Source of the DNA: Octopus vulgaris
Lineage: Eukaryota
Assembly (NCBI GenBank): GCA_951406725.2
Contig: OX597832.1
Coordinates: 12,028,001 to 12,092,000, forward strand
Direction of reading: 5' to 3'
DNA length: 64,000 nucleotides
Position numbers and translations under genes: made by a program. The notes beneath the pieces were generated by a model that worked only from the letters and a program-made list of their open reading frames with translations, was not told the origin of the DNA and ran no database searches. Positions 27,201-41,661 of this stretch are shown piece after piece. How positions within the stretch are numbered: position 1 is the first letter of the stretch; each line of letters opens with the position of its first letter.

Positions 27201-29094
27201 AGAGAAAGTGTGATACTGCTAGTTAACTAGAAAATGTCTGAAAATAGTTTAAATTGCACATACAGTTAATATAATACAGAACTATAATTTAAGTAAAATT
27301 TCAGAATATATAGAAGTAGTTGTCTACTATATAATTTTATTTTAAGTGCACATCTATAATTTTTCGTCTTGTCATAATAGTAATTTTAATGTGGACAACA
27401 AGAAACAAAGTATTTTCTTTATTCCACAATAAATTATTTTACTAAAATGAATGATTGGATTTATCAATATAAATCAGATAATAGTAATCGATTTTATAAT
27501 ACGTTCAGATGGAAATCGTTCGACTTGAAAATTAGATTGGCATCAACTACTGTAACGACAACATTAAATTTGCACATCGTATTTGTAGAAAAAATAAAGA
27601 AATATTTCTTTTCTGACGTAATATGATAAGTGTATCGTTGTATAGTAACATAGATTATTTCAAGATATCAATTAAATTATTATTTGAAAAGTGTTTGACT
27701 ATAAATGTAAATACATGCGGCAACTCCATGCCACCAAGAAGCTCTCTTGGTGTAATTACCTCCTCTTAGCACAGGCAAGACCTAAATATTTCGGCAGCGA
27801 TATTGCTAAAATTCTACACGCCACGATTGAGCTCTCTTGTAAAAAATAGGGCGAACTGACATTCTGGATTGCATCCGTACATAGGAAATACGGCTAATTA
27901 GCAATCCTTCGGTGACGGGCATCCGCCAACCTCAGCCTAAGGACGTTCTTACTCCTATCACTGTCTTATAATGACCTTTGCTCCTCGGAGCTCGTATGCC
28001 CGTACCACTACCAGTTATGCACCCACCAAAGCATTCGTATCCTTTCTATCGGCACCATTGGTGAATCCTTCGTAAAATTCCTACACAAACCAGGTTTCCC
28101 AGTCTTTCAAACCCTGCGTATATGTCACCTTGAACCTCCTCCTCTCTTCTCATTCTTTTCCTGAAAATTCAGCAAGTGAAGATATATAACACATACATTA
28201 ATATGTGCATATCTTGAAACATATTCATAATTCATACATATATATGCGCATGTATGTGTATCGGTATGTGTGTGTTTGTATACACAGTAATTATAAATAT
28301 AAATATACGTGTATACATACATATGTGTTTTTATGTGTGCCAGTGGGTGTGCAGTTAAATTTATATATGTAACGTGTGTGAAATAGAAAAAAAAGCTGCT
28401 TCAAAATATATAAAGTATAATTTCATTATTGCTAACCAAATAGTTTCAATATGTAATTCAACTATTATAGTATTAAACTACATATTTCACGTTAATGTTT
28501 AAGTTAAGAAAACATTAAATAGAATCCATGCACTGGAAGGTCTGTAACTCGATATTGGAAATTTAGCTCTTCGAAATGTAATACAAGTATATTCACGAAA
28601 ACTTATTTGAGAATAAATTACTAGCAATCATATTTTACACATAACTTGCATGCTATTTTGAAGGTTTAAATGTTATGTACAAATTATTGCAATATTTCTT
28701 TGGCTGCTTCTACCTCCGATAAGGTATTTAATGTTGACGCCTATATATTTTTCTCACCGTAATATTTATTTTCTTTCGCTTTGTGATACAGAAGTATTTG
28801 CTTATGTTTTCTGCAATGCGGTCTATGTTGCAGGCTAAAGAATAAAGTACCTCAAGAGAATCGTGGTTAGGTGGTGCCGAATATCACTGAGGAACTCGTT
28901 TTTTGTTTATCTTTACGATGTTTGCAAATGAGTGGTTAATTATCAAGAAAGAGCAGACGAAGTAATTACCAGTTATCACGAACTAATTACGAAATATGTT
29001 ATAGTGTGGTATAACAAAAATAGAGACACTCAGCTAAAGCCACACATATACATAGCGATACACAGATGCATATGAACGTGTTGCACTTGTTTAT

Positions 29095-29418
29095 TTTATT
29101 TATATTTATGCGCCTTTTCAAGCCTAGCCATGCTCATGGGCCCGCTTTCCCGGTTACTGTGGCGTATGTGTGTCCCTCCCCCAGCTGGACGGACGCCAAT
29201 CCATCGCAGCGTTACCCAAGAAACAAAAAGAAAGAGTGAGAGTATGTTGGGGCGAAAGAGTAAAAAGTGGTCGCCACCATCCCCTGCTGGAGCCTCGTGA
29301 AACTTTAGGTGTTTTTCGCTCAATAAACACCACACACAACGCCTGGTCTGGGAATCGAAACCGCGATCCTCCGATCGCGAGTACGCTGCCCTAACCACTG
29401 GGCCATTGCTCCTCTTCA
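29095..29418 (-). mobile_element. SINE family B with 11-bp TSD
   Basis: Same head as the 7.1-kb copy; TSD cacttgtttat at 29084-29094 and 29419-29429. Confidence 0.9.
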
Positions 29419-30210
29419 CACTTGTTTATACACGATGACAAGCCTCATCGGCTGTACTATGATCGAAATAGTTGCACTTATTGCGACTAGTCTTTTGTTT
29501 TCTTTTATTTATGACGCTTATAATGTGAATCTGTTATTTAACGGTGTTTTAGACGCCGTATGTTTCACCCGGGGGATCGATAATTGGCTCTTAGATATTA
29601 GAGTTTTAAAATAGTTGAATGTCAAACGACTTTTCACTGGATTCAAATAATTCGTTAAATGGGGGTAAAATAAAATATGTGATTATGCAAGAATATACAC
29701 CATAAGTTACCAGTTGTTTATCTACTATTGGATTATTTTAGTTGTTAGCAAATTTCAAAGAATAACAAACTATGTGTACGATTGTATAGAAATAAGAAAT
29801 GTGATCTAGAAAGCAATATACTTTATTTTAGATAATTAATTGTGTTTAGTTTTGAACAAGATAGAAAATTAATGCTTCTTAACAACAGAGGGTAACTGAC
29901 GCCAGAAATCGTGATGGTTGTAATGGATTTATCAATTGCACACATTATCGGAATTCAGAATGCGGTGACGCAGTTTTAGTGATAGGCACTCATCGTTTGC
30001 ATCACCTCTGTAAGCATAGAACCAAAATATGCAGTTTGATATAGAGAGAACATATACTATTTCGATTCTTCTCACTGTAATCTTCAACTTCCCTTTTACT
30101 TAGGCCCTATCGCAGACATACTTTTAATTAACCATCGGCAACTTATCAAGTGTGTGTGTGTTTTAGTACGTGTGAGTGTTTATGCGTGTGTGTCTGTTCG
30201 TGTGTAATGT

Positions 30211-30350
30211 GAAAAACGTCGCTAATATGAGTTCCATTTTAGCGACTTTTTCTTTCCTTAGAATAGCGAATATTTTTTTTACTTCTCTAGAACAGTGACT
30301 CTATTTTTCTTTCCTTAGAGCAGCGACTATTCTTTTTCTTTCCCTAGAAT
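30211..30350. repeat. Hairpin followed by about 4 tandem degenerate units of about 30 bp
   Basis: gaaaaacgtcgctaa..ttagcgactttttc inverted pair, then agcgact..tttctttccttagaa repeats. Confidence 0.7.
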
Positions 30351-31066
30351 AAAGAAATTAATTTAACAAGACGCCAAGATAACTAGATAAATGGACCAAA
30401 ATACACATTACGTTCGATCTCTTTTTTGTCCGTTATGAATACGATAAAAACACAAATAATTAACGGACTTATATAACTTGTTATTTTCCTTATCTCAAAA
30501 TGAAAATAAAAACAATATTAATTACACTTAATTCAAACAATGTTGTTTTATAATAGAAAATATTTGTAATTTTCTATGGAGAGAAAAATATGAGCATATA
30601 TTGGTTTTACAAAAAACTAACGTTTTGAAATTGCTTATTTTATACCACTCCACAAATAAACATTAATTATTTTTTAAAATCAATAATTACATTTTCTTTT
30701 ATTTATGTTATATCTATGCCGAATATAATTATTATTGCGTAAATTACAATTCTAAATTTGTTTTGAGATATATGTAAATGTTTCGCAATATCCAATATAA
30801 GCTTGTCTATATACAAAGGAACCAGAATAAATTAATCTGTGATCTTAGGAAATATTTTGTCTAAAGAGCCAATAAAAACTAGATTCTGTGTAAACCGAAG
30901 ATTTATTATCTTTCAGCCTATTTCTATTGATATTTTAGATTTCTACACAAATGTCGAAACAAAATATCTTGTGCAAATGAGATAACAGAAGATGTACTTC
31001 GTTACTCAACCTATTAGAAGTCGATGTAAAACGCTAAAGCGTTTCATAATATTTCAATAAACCTAC

Positions 31067-31343
31067 GGCGGTGAGCTGGCAGAAACGTTTGCACGCCGGG
31101 CGAAATACTCAGCGGTATTTCGTCTGCCGTTACGTTCTCAGTTCAAATTTAGCCCCTCGTGGGTAGTAAATAAATAGGTATTTCGTTTGTCTTTACGTTC
31201 TCAGTTCAAACTCCATCGAGGTCAACTTTGCTTTTGATCCTTTCAGGGTCGGTAAATTATGTACCAGTTGCGTACTGGGATCGATCTAATCAACTGGCCC
31301 CTTCCTTCTGAAAATTTCGGGCCTTGTGTCTAGAGAAGAAAAG
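31067..31343 (+). mobile_element. Rearranged dimeric SINE family A
   Basis: Head, then tail fragment agcccctcgtgggtagtaaa.aaataggt, then restart at atttcgt; imperfect TSD aatatttc(aa/tt)taaacct at 31048-31064 and 31344-31360. Confidence 0.85.
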
Positions 31344-31690
31344 AATATTTCTTTAAACCTGAGTTAAGTGGAACCACTGGAAAATGCTTTCACTTCAGAT
31401 TGACGTGATCAAAGTTAACTGGAGTTAAACGAAATATTGTAAGGATACGATTAACACGCATATCGAAAGTTGCCTTATCTCTATTGTTACACGTGTATCT
31501 GATATTCCACAGGACTTTATAACCACTGAACTGATCGCACTAATTTCCAGTAGGAGAGGAATGATAGAGTAAAAGAAATGCCATGAACAAGAGAGTAAAA
31601 GCTGCCCGAAATAGTAAAAATGTCTACACAACTATGTTTTAAAACGGAAGAGCACACAAGATAATCCACTCCTATACATTCATACATACA

Positions 31691-31740
<50 letters not shown>

Positions 31741-31742
<2 letters not shown>

Positions 31743-31860
31743 AAAGAAGGATGGTCTAACGTTTCGAGCGGAGCTCTTCGTCGGAAACATAGGAGAAGGA
31801 AAGATCCAGAGAAGGGAAGACAGAGGGAAAAAAATCGCTAACGGTACACACGCGGTCACA
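31741..31860 (-). mobile_element. 120-bp insert within a (TA)n array with a hammerhead-like variant core, probable Penelope-like fragment
   Basis: TA arrays on both sides; minus strand CCGACGA-A-GAGC-TCC-GCTC-GAAACGTT. Confidence 0.6.
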
Positions 31861-33805
31861 TATATATATATATATAACGTCGGAAAAATGACAGAATTGT
31901 TACAGGCTGGTAAGCTTTTCCTATGAGAGATTTCTCGAATCACGTTTGACCTGGAACTAACCAAGAACGAGAGCATAGACTTAGGTAGTAAATATAGAAA
32001 TAATATACGTATAGAGAGATACTAAGGTGAAGCATCAGAATATGAGAGCAGAAACGCTGCAGCTGTGACGAGAATGACGTTAAAATCAATTCAGCGCAGG
32101 AACTGGTTGGCTGGTAATAAAATATGACGGTTAAATTGAACTACTGGCTGTCAGCAAAGATGTCGGACAGGTTGCGACTGTCAACTTAATCCTTTTGTTC
32201 AATGGCAGAAACATTGCGATAATAGATGTTTCGCTGTAACATATTTTGAATTATAAATAGAATGCTGAGTTGACGCGTGCATGTTGATTTGTCTGTACAT
32301 GTATGTGTGGGTGTATGAATTTTGCTATGGCTCTGTAAACGTATTGTTCCTCTACTTTATGTAGGCACACGCACATACATAAATACACAACTATTGCACT
32401 CACTTCATAACTATACAGGTGGAAAAACAAAGGAAAAGGAAACTTAACACATATTGCGGAGATTTTAATTTTTGCTACCATTCTGTTACATAGACCAGCA
32501 TTAATATTTTTAGGGTGGCCTTTATAGAGATAACGGAATCTTAATAACGTACAGAATGGGTGGTATGAATCAATTACGTTTCAAATTCATTTGAGAATAA
32601 CAGGTTAAGTCAATCTCAATATACTAATACTTTTACATGTTGTTTGAAATGAAACACATATACATTGAATGCGTACTCAAATCACAAGGAAAAATCATGA
32701 TTTAATATACCATAACAAACAATACGAAACTAGCGTCGTATAATTTTGTAAATATATTTCTTCCATTAGCTAGTGAAGTAGCTAGATTTTGTACGGTATC
32801 TCATTTTGATAATAGATTTGATTAAATCTGCTTCATTATCTCAATACCCCAAACTGAAATATTAAACGTAGAAATATCCTGTTATAAAATCCAAGATTAT
32901 GTTTAAATAAATGATTATGTTTAAAGAAATGTTTAAATAATATCGTCAAAAGTTCTTAAACTGTGTGGATCTTCTTTTTCCACTGAATTATAAATAGCTC
33001 AAAATTTGTACTTGGTGGTCAGTTGGTGTTAGGTATTCAGGAAATGAAATTATCTATTGCTCAATCACCCATCAAATGTCCATTCAACTTCCATACTGTC
33101 GTTTCTCAAGTTATCTTCAACGACATTGCTACACACTCGCACTGTCCCTGTACGCTAGTAGCTCGGAGCGTTGATTTACTCTTCTACGTTATATTTTGAG
33201 AAAAGCTATGTAACCAAAATGACAACCAGTCTTTCCTTGCATATCGATACGTTGAAATACCATCAAAAAATACTGCAAAAGTGTTATATCAAGCACATTT
33301 CTCTTGTGAAGGAATTCCTAATAAGATTGACCCTGTATATACACAGGAAATTCTATAAGGACTGATTTAAGTGAAGACCTCTTTATACATAAGAAATTAC
33401 AAATTCTTAATTTCAAATTCTTGCGGCCACACTTCTCATTCACGTTTTAGTACCACATTATGTTATCTTACACATATTTTTCTGAAGAGTCATAATTCCC
33501 GCAGCATAATTTGATCCTTAACCATGCCTTTATATTGGATAAGTTTAATATTCAGTTTTTATATATATTCTTTCCTGTCTTTCCTGCCGTAATACGTTTT
33601 ACCACCTCACACACCCGCATTTAGTAGTTCTTAAGACTTTTTTCTTCAAATACGTTTTTTTATCCATACACAAAGTATTACTTTTTTCCTTTGATATTAC
33701 ATGCTTTCTCGTCAAATTCGAAGACTTACTAGTTTCCGTTATATTTACATTTTCAAATTAAAAAAAAAACTTACATAGATTTTTTATGCAACTTCTCTCT
33801 TCTTT

Positions 33806-33828
33806 CCTCATCATCAACATCATCATCG

Positions 33829-33865
<37 letters not shown>

Positions 33866-33875
33866 GACCATCATC
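33806..33875. repeat. (CAT)n microsatellite
   Basis: Directly visible. Confidence 0.95.
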
Positions 33876-34980
33876 TTCAACGTCTTTATCTTCGTCACAA
33901 AGATAGATAGATATACACACACATATGTTTGTGAGTGTGTGGATGGAATACAAGAACACACACACACACATGCACGCACGCACACACATAGTGATACGCA
34001 CACACCACAACACACACAGACACTATATGTATATTTATATGAATAGAAAGGAAAGAATACTGACAAAAACAATCTGAGACAAGCAAAAAGGAACAGATAA
34101 AGAGAAGATGCAAACAGAAACATTTTGTGTTATTTATTCAGTGTCATATCTATCATCATAATCTTCTCTTTCAATGATTCACTCTGTCAGGTTTGACGTT
34201 TTCTGTTTTGAAGAGTTCAATAAATGTTTGGCTTGCTCCAAGGAAATGTCTATATTCCGCGACAGAATCGGAATATATCTTTCCCCAGTTTCACTTCAAC
34301 AAGCGTATTTTCTTGGAGGCAAATTGCCAACAAGAACGAGTGTGATTCATCACTGCATAATGTTAGATGCTTCTACTGCTAATTCTGCCGCTACTGCTGT
34401 TACCATTTATTTTGCTCTTACTGCCGGTAGTATTGTTGATGGTGTTGTTGTTATTGCTGTTGTTGTTATAGTCGTCGTTGCTGTTGTTTGGTCTTGTTGT
34501 TGTCGTCGTTGCCGGGGAAATGAAACCAGCAACCGACTTGACATAAGCAAGGATATACAAAGGAAAAGAAATTAAATTTACAATAACATTGAGAACTGCA
34601 AAGAACACACTATACAAGAAAGCAACATCAATAACACCTTTATCATACTTAACGTTACTAATATTATCTGAAACAATAACAAACAGGGGACTTAACCCGA
34701 ATCAACCGAAATATAAATAAGTAAATACAGCCGTCAATTATACTGTTAATTTAGTTGTGAGGTAAAAAAAAACAATGTACAGTGTTTTAAGGGAGACACA
34801 TAATCCCTCATAAGTGATGAGGTATTGTTTATCTTATCTGCTATAAATAGTTAAGATGCTTGACACTGCACAGTTGTTAATAGACAATATCTTAGTTGTA
34901 ATTCGTGAGATTTTATGCTCTGTGTTTATTTTACTATAACTAAAATTTATCTAGTATAACATAATGACTGTGAGTAGAAA

Positions 34981-35017
34981 TGAATGTCAGTATTGTATTG
35001 AATGTCAGTATTGTATT
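34981..35017. repeat. 18-bp tandem duplication
   Basis: tgaatgtcagtattgtat twice. Confidence 0.9.
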
Positions 35018-35466
35018 AAGACTATTTTCTCTCTTCTATGTAATACTAAACTCACGGCTAGTTTATCGACGATCTTTGAGTAAAGATTATATTGATATGT
35101 TTCGGAATTTCCTCTGATATAGGAATATAAATAAACACGAGTAAATTCTTTAATGCATGTAATCGGATCGTGATATAGAAAAAATGTAATACACAATAAA
35201 AATATAAAAAATAATTAAAAACGACAAACATATAAGAAATAATTATGAGGATTCTTTAAGAAATAAATCGTAGAAGTTATCACAGCGTTGTGAAAACGTC
35301 TTCAATAGTTAGTTATGGTCGTCTACCTTCTATGTTCGAATAAGCCACTATATATATATATATATATAAAACATAGTAAAAAAGGGTAATAAAATAAATT
35401 ATTATTACCAGCGACCTACCACAAAAGACGAATTAGTCGTTAGACTATACGTTATTCATATATAAA

Positions 35467-35646
35467 TACATTAAAAGGCTTCCAATAAAGAAGCAAGTGC
35501 TAGATACACAAACAGGGGATAAATTCATGAAATGGAAAGAAAATTAAAAAAGAAAATTTTTTAAATATTTTTTTTTTCTATTTCATGAATTTATCCCCTC
35601 TTTGTGTATCTAGCACTTGCTTCTTTATTGGACTCCTTTTAATGTA
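35467..35646. repeat. Fold-back palindrome with arms of about 77 bp, inside a (TA)n-bounded insert
   Basis: tacattaaaagg..ccaataaagaagcaagtgctagatacacaaa.aggggataaattcatgaaat and its reverse complement, about 5 mismatches. Confidence 0.92.
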
Positions 35647-35688
<42 letters not shown>

Positions 35689-35743
35689 TATATATGTGTG
35701 TGTATATATGTATATGCATGTGTGTATATATATATATATATAT

Positions 35744-35944
35744 AATGGGGGAGTTTACGAAAAAAGACAAAAGACGAAGACAGGTGGTGTACAAAACAAA
35801 CAGATGTATTAGTATAACGCTCAGGAATAGAAAAAGTATTTTACGTTTCGAACCTACGCTCTTCTACAGTAAGGGACACAGAAAAAACAGAGAGAGAAAC
35901 AAGGAGAGAAAAAATGTGTGTAGTGGCTAACGATCTATCATGAC
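35744..35944 (-). mobile_element. (TA)n-anchored insert with a hammerhead-like variant core, probable Penelope-like fragment
   Basis: Minus strand CTGTAGA-A-GAGC-GTAG-GTTC-GAAACGTA at about 35842-35869. Confidence 0.55.
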
Positions 35945-37472
35945 ACGTGTGTGTGCATACCCTGAGTATGGCCTTAAACCTCATCCGGCCGTGGTGCATT
36001 TCAGTACTTCCAGTGTTTTGAGGAATGTGGAATAACCTCTTGGCGACTATAGTTCAGAGATATATTCTGGTCAAAGATTAATGGCACCTGTCAGGGTGCA
36101 GTAAAATCACTGAGAGTGAGGGACTCATAGCTGTTCTCAGAATAGAGTAGAGGTATGTTCGTGAATAATCAGGGAATCTCAGAGATTGGTACTTGGGTTG
36201 AACGAGCGTTATCATTATAATCTAAGGAGGTGCAAGTGTTACTCTATGCTTACATCGTTTGTTTGGTTATTTTATGCACCAACGTCTTTTGGCATGTCAA
36301 CAGTGTCAATGTCTGCAGAAATTGCTATTTGGAAACAGAAAGTTACAGCTTTTGTAAGTTTCTTATACTTTAAACAATGCATATCTGCATTGGATTTTTA
36401 TGTATGCATTGATACACATATATAGAAATGTATGCATAAATCATACGTATAAATTGATAAATGCACGATCACACACTCATATACACTCATAAACACATGT
36501 ACACACATTCACGTATATATATATACACAAACACACAAACACAAAATTACGTACGTACATGCAACCATATATACATACATGCATTCATACATATATAAAA
36601 ACTGGAAAAATCTACAAATATTGAGAAATGAAGAGAGTATAGAAAATAGAGTTGTTAGAAGACAGAAGGGACGTAATTTGCTGCATTGCGTCTCTTACAA
36701 ACTGCTAACTTTTACATATAACATATTTGTCGGGAAGATTACGTGAAAATATTAAGAAATTTGAGTAACATTAATAGAATAATGAATTTGCTTGTCAGAC
36801 AAGATACGCAGTTTGAATGTAATAATGTATAATTGTGTAGAAGCATAGATTTTATGTTACGGTGTTTCAAGCGTTAATTATTTACTGTTGAAAATGTTGT
36901 GACTTCGTTACTTTTGTGGTCATCAGTTGGAAGTGTTAAATTGTTTTCAGTTGGACTTTAAATTGCTCTGTGGGACTTGGAAGCATACGGCAAGTGTAAT
37001 TTAGTAAACAGCTAGTATTATATTTATTTTTTATGAGAGCAACATAAAAAAATGTCAAAGTGTTTAGGATGTCCCTAGAATCATTCAACCCGTTTTATAT
37101 GTTCACGCCCAACGATGAGTAAACTCTCTATTATTGTAAGATATGGACCTCCATTTTGTATCACAATCTCTGCCAATGTCGCCCAGTCTTCAAATAACAT
37201 TTGTCGGTTGCATTCAAGTTCACCTTTCGCTCATTTGTTTATTATATTCGTGTATTAAAAATTCAATCCTCGTATCAAACGCAGCTGGTTCATGTGGCTA
37301 AGCAGCATTAATATCTCAATCTCCTTATAACAACAGATTCCAGCACCAATGTGCTTGGCTGATGGTAAATGTCGTCACGTTACAGGAACAAATATAACTG
37401 ATTTTCATACCTCATCTGTTCAAAATCGTTTTTAGTTACACATAGAAACATTGACACATGAGCATCATGTAT

Positions 37473-37513
<41 letters not shown>

Positions 37514-37782
37514 CACATATACTCATATATATATATATGTATGTATAAATATTCATTCCTATATGCGTACGAACAACTTACACGAGCACATAAAAAGAGT
37601 CAATGACAGCAAGCGGAAAAAAAAACAGAAAAGATATGTTAGAAAGAAAATGAGAAATATATCTCAGACAGGGAAACATATGTAGGTTTATATATATACA
37701 CACGCACATATAATTGTGTGTGTATATGTATATCTGTATATATAGACCGAGAATGACAGAGAGAGAGAGAGAGGGAGATCTC

Positions 37783-38783
<1,001 letters not shown>

Positions 38784-39263
38784 ACATAAAGATACATATA
38801 TAGATATCAATATATTCGTTTTACATTTGTTATTACAAATATACTTTACATCCATCAAGTGCCATTGTCTTCGTTCTTCAATAGCAGACTCTTAAAGACC
38901 ACAAAAAATATGGTCATAAAACAGAAGCAAGCTCTAAATTGATACATAAATATACATAAACGAAACCAGTCTTACTTCTACGCAATCTACTTTCATATTA
39001 GTTCTGACTTTTAAAAAGAAAAATCTTGGCAACGAAATGGAAAACAGAATAAAAGACATCTAAAAATATACATTCTCCAACACTTTGACTGATCTGATCA
39101 AAAGGAAATTGTGGATATATTGTATAGCTATCAGCCTAATGGCTATCCTCTACTTTCATATAATAGAAAGCATTATAGTACTCGCGCGAAAACAAACTGA
39201 TACATAAAAAACAAGGCACATATACACCCAGAATATATAAGTATATATTATGTATATATTATG

Positions 39264-39319
<56 letters not shown>

Positions 39320-39326
<7 letters not shown>

Positions 39327-39445
39327 ATATGTATATATATGTTTATTTATATGTGTGTGTGTGTGTAATACTCATGCGCTTATGTATATATGTATATATA
39401 TATGTTTATTTATATGTGTGTGTGTGTAATACTAATGCGCTTATA
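39320..39445. repeat. Tandem duplication of about 62 bp in microsatellite context
   Basis: tatgtttatttatatgtgtgtgtgtgtaatact.atgcgcttat twice. Confidence 0.85.
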
Positions 39446-40065
39446 TATATATATATATATGGATTGACAGAGAAATATATGAATATAAGTATTATGTATG
39501 TTTATATATGTGCGTATATATATGTATGTTTGTGTGTACGTGTGTGTGGGGGCGTGCGCGTTTATTTGTGTGTGTTTGTGTGTGTAATTTTATATGTACT
39601 AACAAAAGAATCGGTGTGCAGAGATTGTGCCTCTTCCCGTAAAAAAAGTAGAAAAAAAACATTTACAACTGTCTCATAAAAAGAAGAAAAAAACTTCTTT
39701 GGAAGTTAATGTGTTTGAAACAAGCTAGAAAAGTGAGGCCACTGAAAATCGATGGTCAAGTTATAGTCGAACCTGAATGTAGTTCATCTTAAGGAAACAT
39801 ATCTAGTGTTACATTTGTTGTAAGAATTACTGTGTACACAGTAGACGTTGCTTCACTAGTATTCTAAGTGGAAAGAAGAAAAATAAGTATATGTATATAT
39901 TTATGTATGCGTCTGAGTGCGTGTGCGCCACTGTGTGTGTGTTCATATGAACAAACATATATACATGCATACATATATACATACGTAGAAAAGTACGTAC
40001 ATATATAAATATGTACAGACATATATACATACATAGATACGTACGTACATATATAAATATGAACA

Positions 40066-40103
<38 letters not shown>

Positions 40104-40714
40104 GATACGTACGTACCTACATGCATACGTACGTATATAGAGACAAATAGGAGTAACAAACGGAGGAAGAAAAATACAATACATCTGTCCAACTGGATTT
40201 ATAGAAAATCTGGTTGTAGTGGAATCTTGCTTTTGTTTCTTGTTTCGTTTTTTTTTTTCTTATAATTTTACATGGTTCCGACTGACGTCAATGAATATTT
40301 TGATGTGACTTGTGAGAATTATGATATTAATTTTTAAGAACGGTACGATGAAGTAAAATGAAATCAAAAACGTAGCCCAGACAGATACACACACATACAT
40401 ATGATGTATGTATGTATTGTATACTGATTGTAAGTAATTATAATTGTGGTAAAGTGAACGAACCAATAAAATAACGGCTGAAATGTCTTCCAAATAATGT
40501 TGGATTCATGTTTGTTTAACAATCTCATCCTCTTCGAATCAACTAAATTTATTTTTCTCTTCGGAATCAGTAAAGATTATTGTCAGATATTATTAAGCAA
40601 TTTGTTGATTACTTCTATGCGGCCTTCAAACTTGTGCTTAAATTTGTGTTACATTATCTAAAGTAATAATCTACTATTAGATGTAATTCTTTCAAACATC
40701 GGCGCCAAGAGAGG

Positions 40715-40866
40715 ATTTGTCGGTTTCATCGATCCCAGTACTCAAGTGTTACTTATTTGATCGACTCCGAAAAGATGAAAAGCAAATCTTATTTACAATA
40801 ATTTTTGAACTTAAATCCTTAAGCATTTTTTCCGGCATGTCAACATGTCTGCCAGCTCACCGCCTT
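40715..40866 (-). mobile_element. Degenerate SINE family A
   Basis: atcgatcccagtactcaagtgttacttatttgatcgactccgaaaagatgaaaagcaaa...gccagctcaccgcctt. Confidence 0.7.
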
Positions 40867-41357
40867 ACAAATAAATATAATAATTCTTGCATGGTTGTTT
40901 TTTTTTAAATCGGGAATATGGTATTTCTTTGAAGTATATTAATTAGTTCATTTCCCATTATTGTTACTGTTACATTCTACTTTAAGGAATGTATAGTTAA
41001 GGTCATTCAAGCCAGCGAGTTTCATTGATTTAGAAGCATGTAATACCGACAGCATTATCCAATGAAGCATTTTTAAAACAATAGGGTGTAATCTGAAAAA
41101 AAAACCCACCAGTCACTTCATACTATTATAGCGATCATGTTGGATTGTTTGCAGCGTATAGGGTGAGATTATAATTCAATAATTTAATGTTTATTTCTAT
41201 GGCAAGAAATAATGTGTTTCTACTTTAAACAATATGCGAGATCATTTTAATTGTATATGGGGATATTCGACAACATGTCTTCCAGTAATGATATTCGCCG
41301 ATCTCTCTTATGTTGACAAAACACATTATCAGAGAGGACTGGGCAATAATCTTCATA

Positions 41358-41661
41358 GTGGAGGCACATGGCGTAGTGGTTAGAGCAGAGAACTCGCGGT
41401 CGAGGGATTGTGGGTTCGAATCTCAGACCGGGCGATGTGTGAGTTTATGAGCGAAACACCTAAGCTCCACGCGGCTCCGGGAGAAGGTAATGGCGAAATT
41501 CTGCTGACTCTTTCGCCACAACTTTCTCTCACTCTTTCCTCCTGCATCTTGCAGCTCACCTGCGACGGACCGGCGTCCCGCCAAGTGGGGAAACTATACG
41601 CCAAGGAAACAGGGGAACCGGCCTTTATGAGCCAGCCATGGCTCGAGAAGGAACAAAATAA
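41358..41661 (+). mobile_element. SINE family B with 13-bp TSD
   Basis: gtggaggcacatggcgtagtggttagagc A-box and ggttcgaatc B-box; TSD aataatcttcata at 41345-41357 and 41662-41674. Confidence 0.92.

Noticed and set aside
34174-34617. 133-aa and 84-aa overlapping ORFs
   Set aside because: Half is (GTT)n-like low complexity; no recognisable domain or convincing splice sites.
41358-41430. tRNA gene-like A/B boxes, also in the other SINE heads
   Set aside because: Continuous with SINE bodies and TSDs; no complete cloverleaf.
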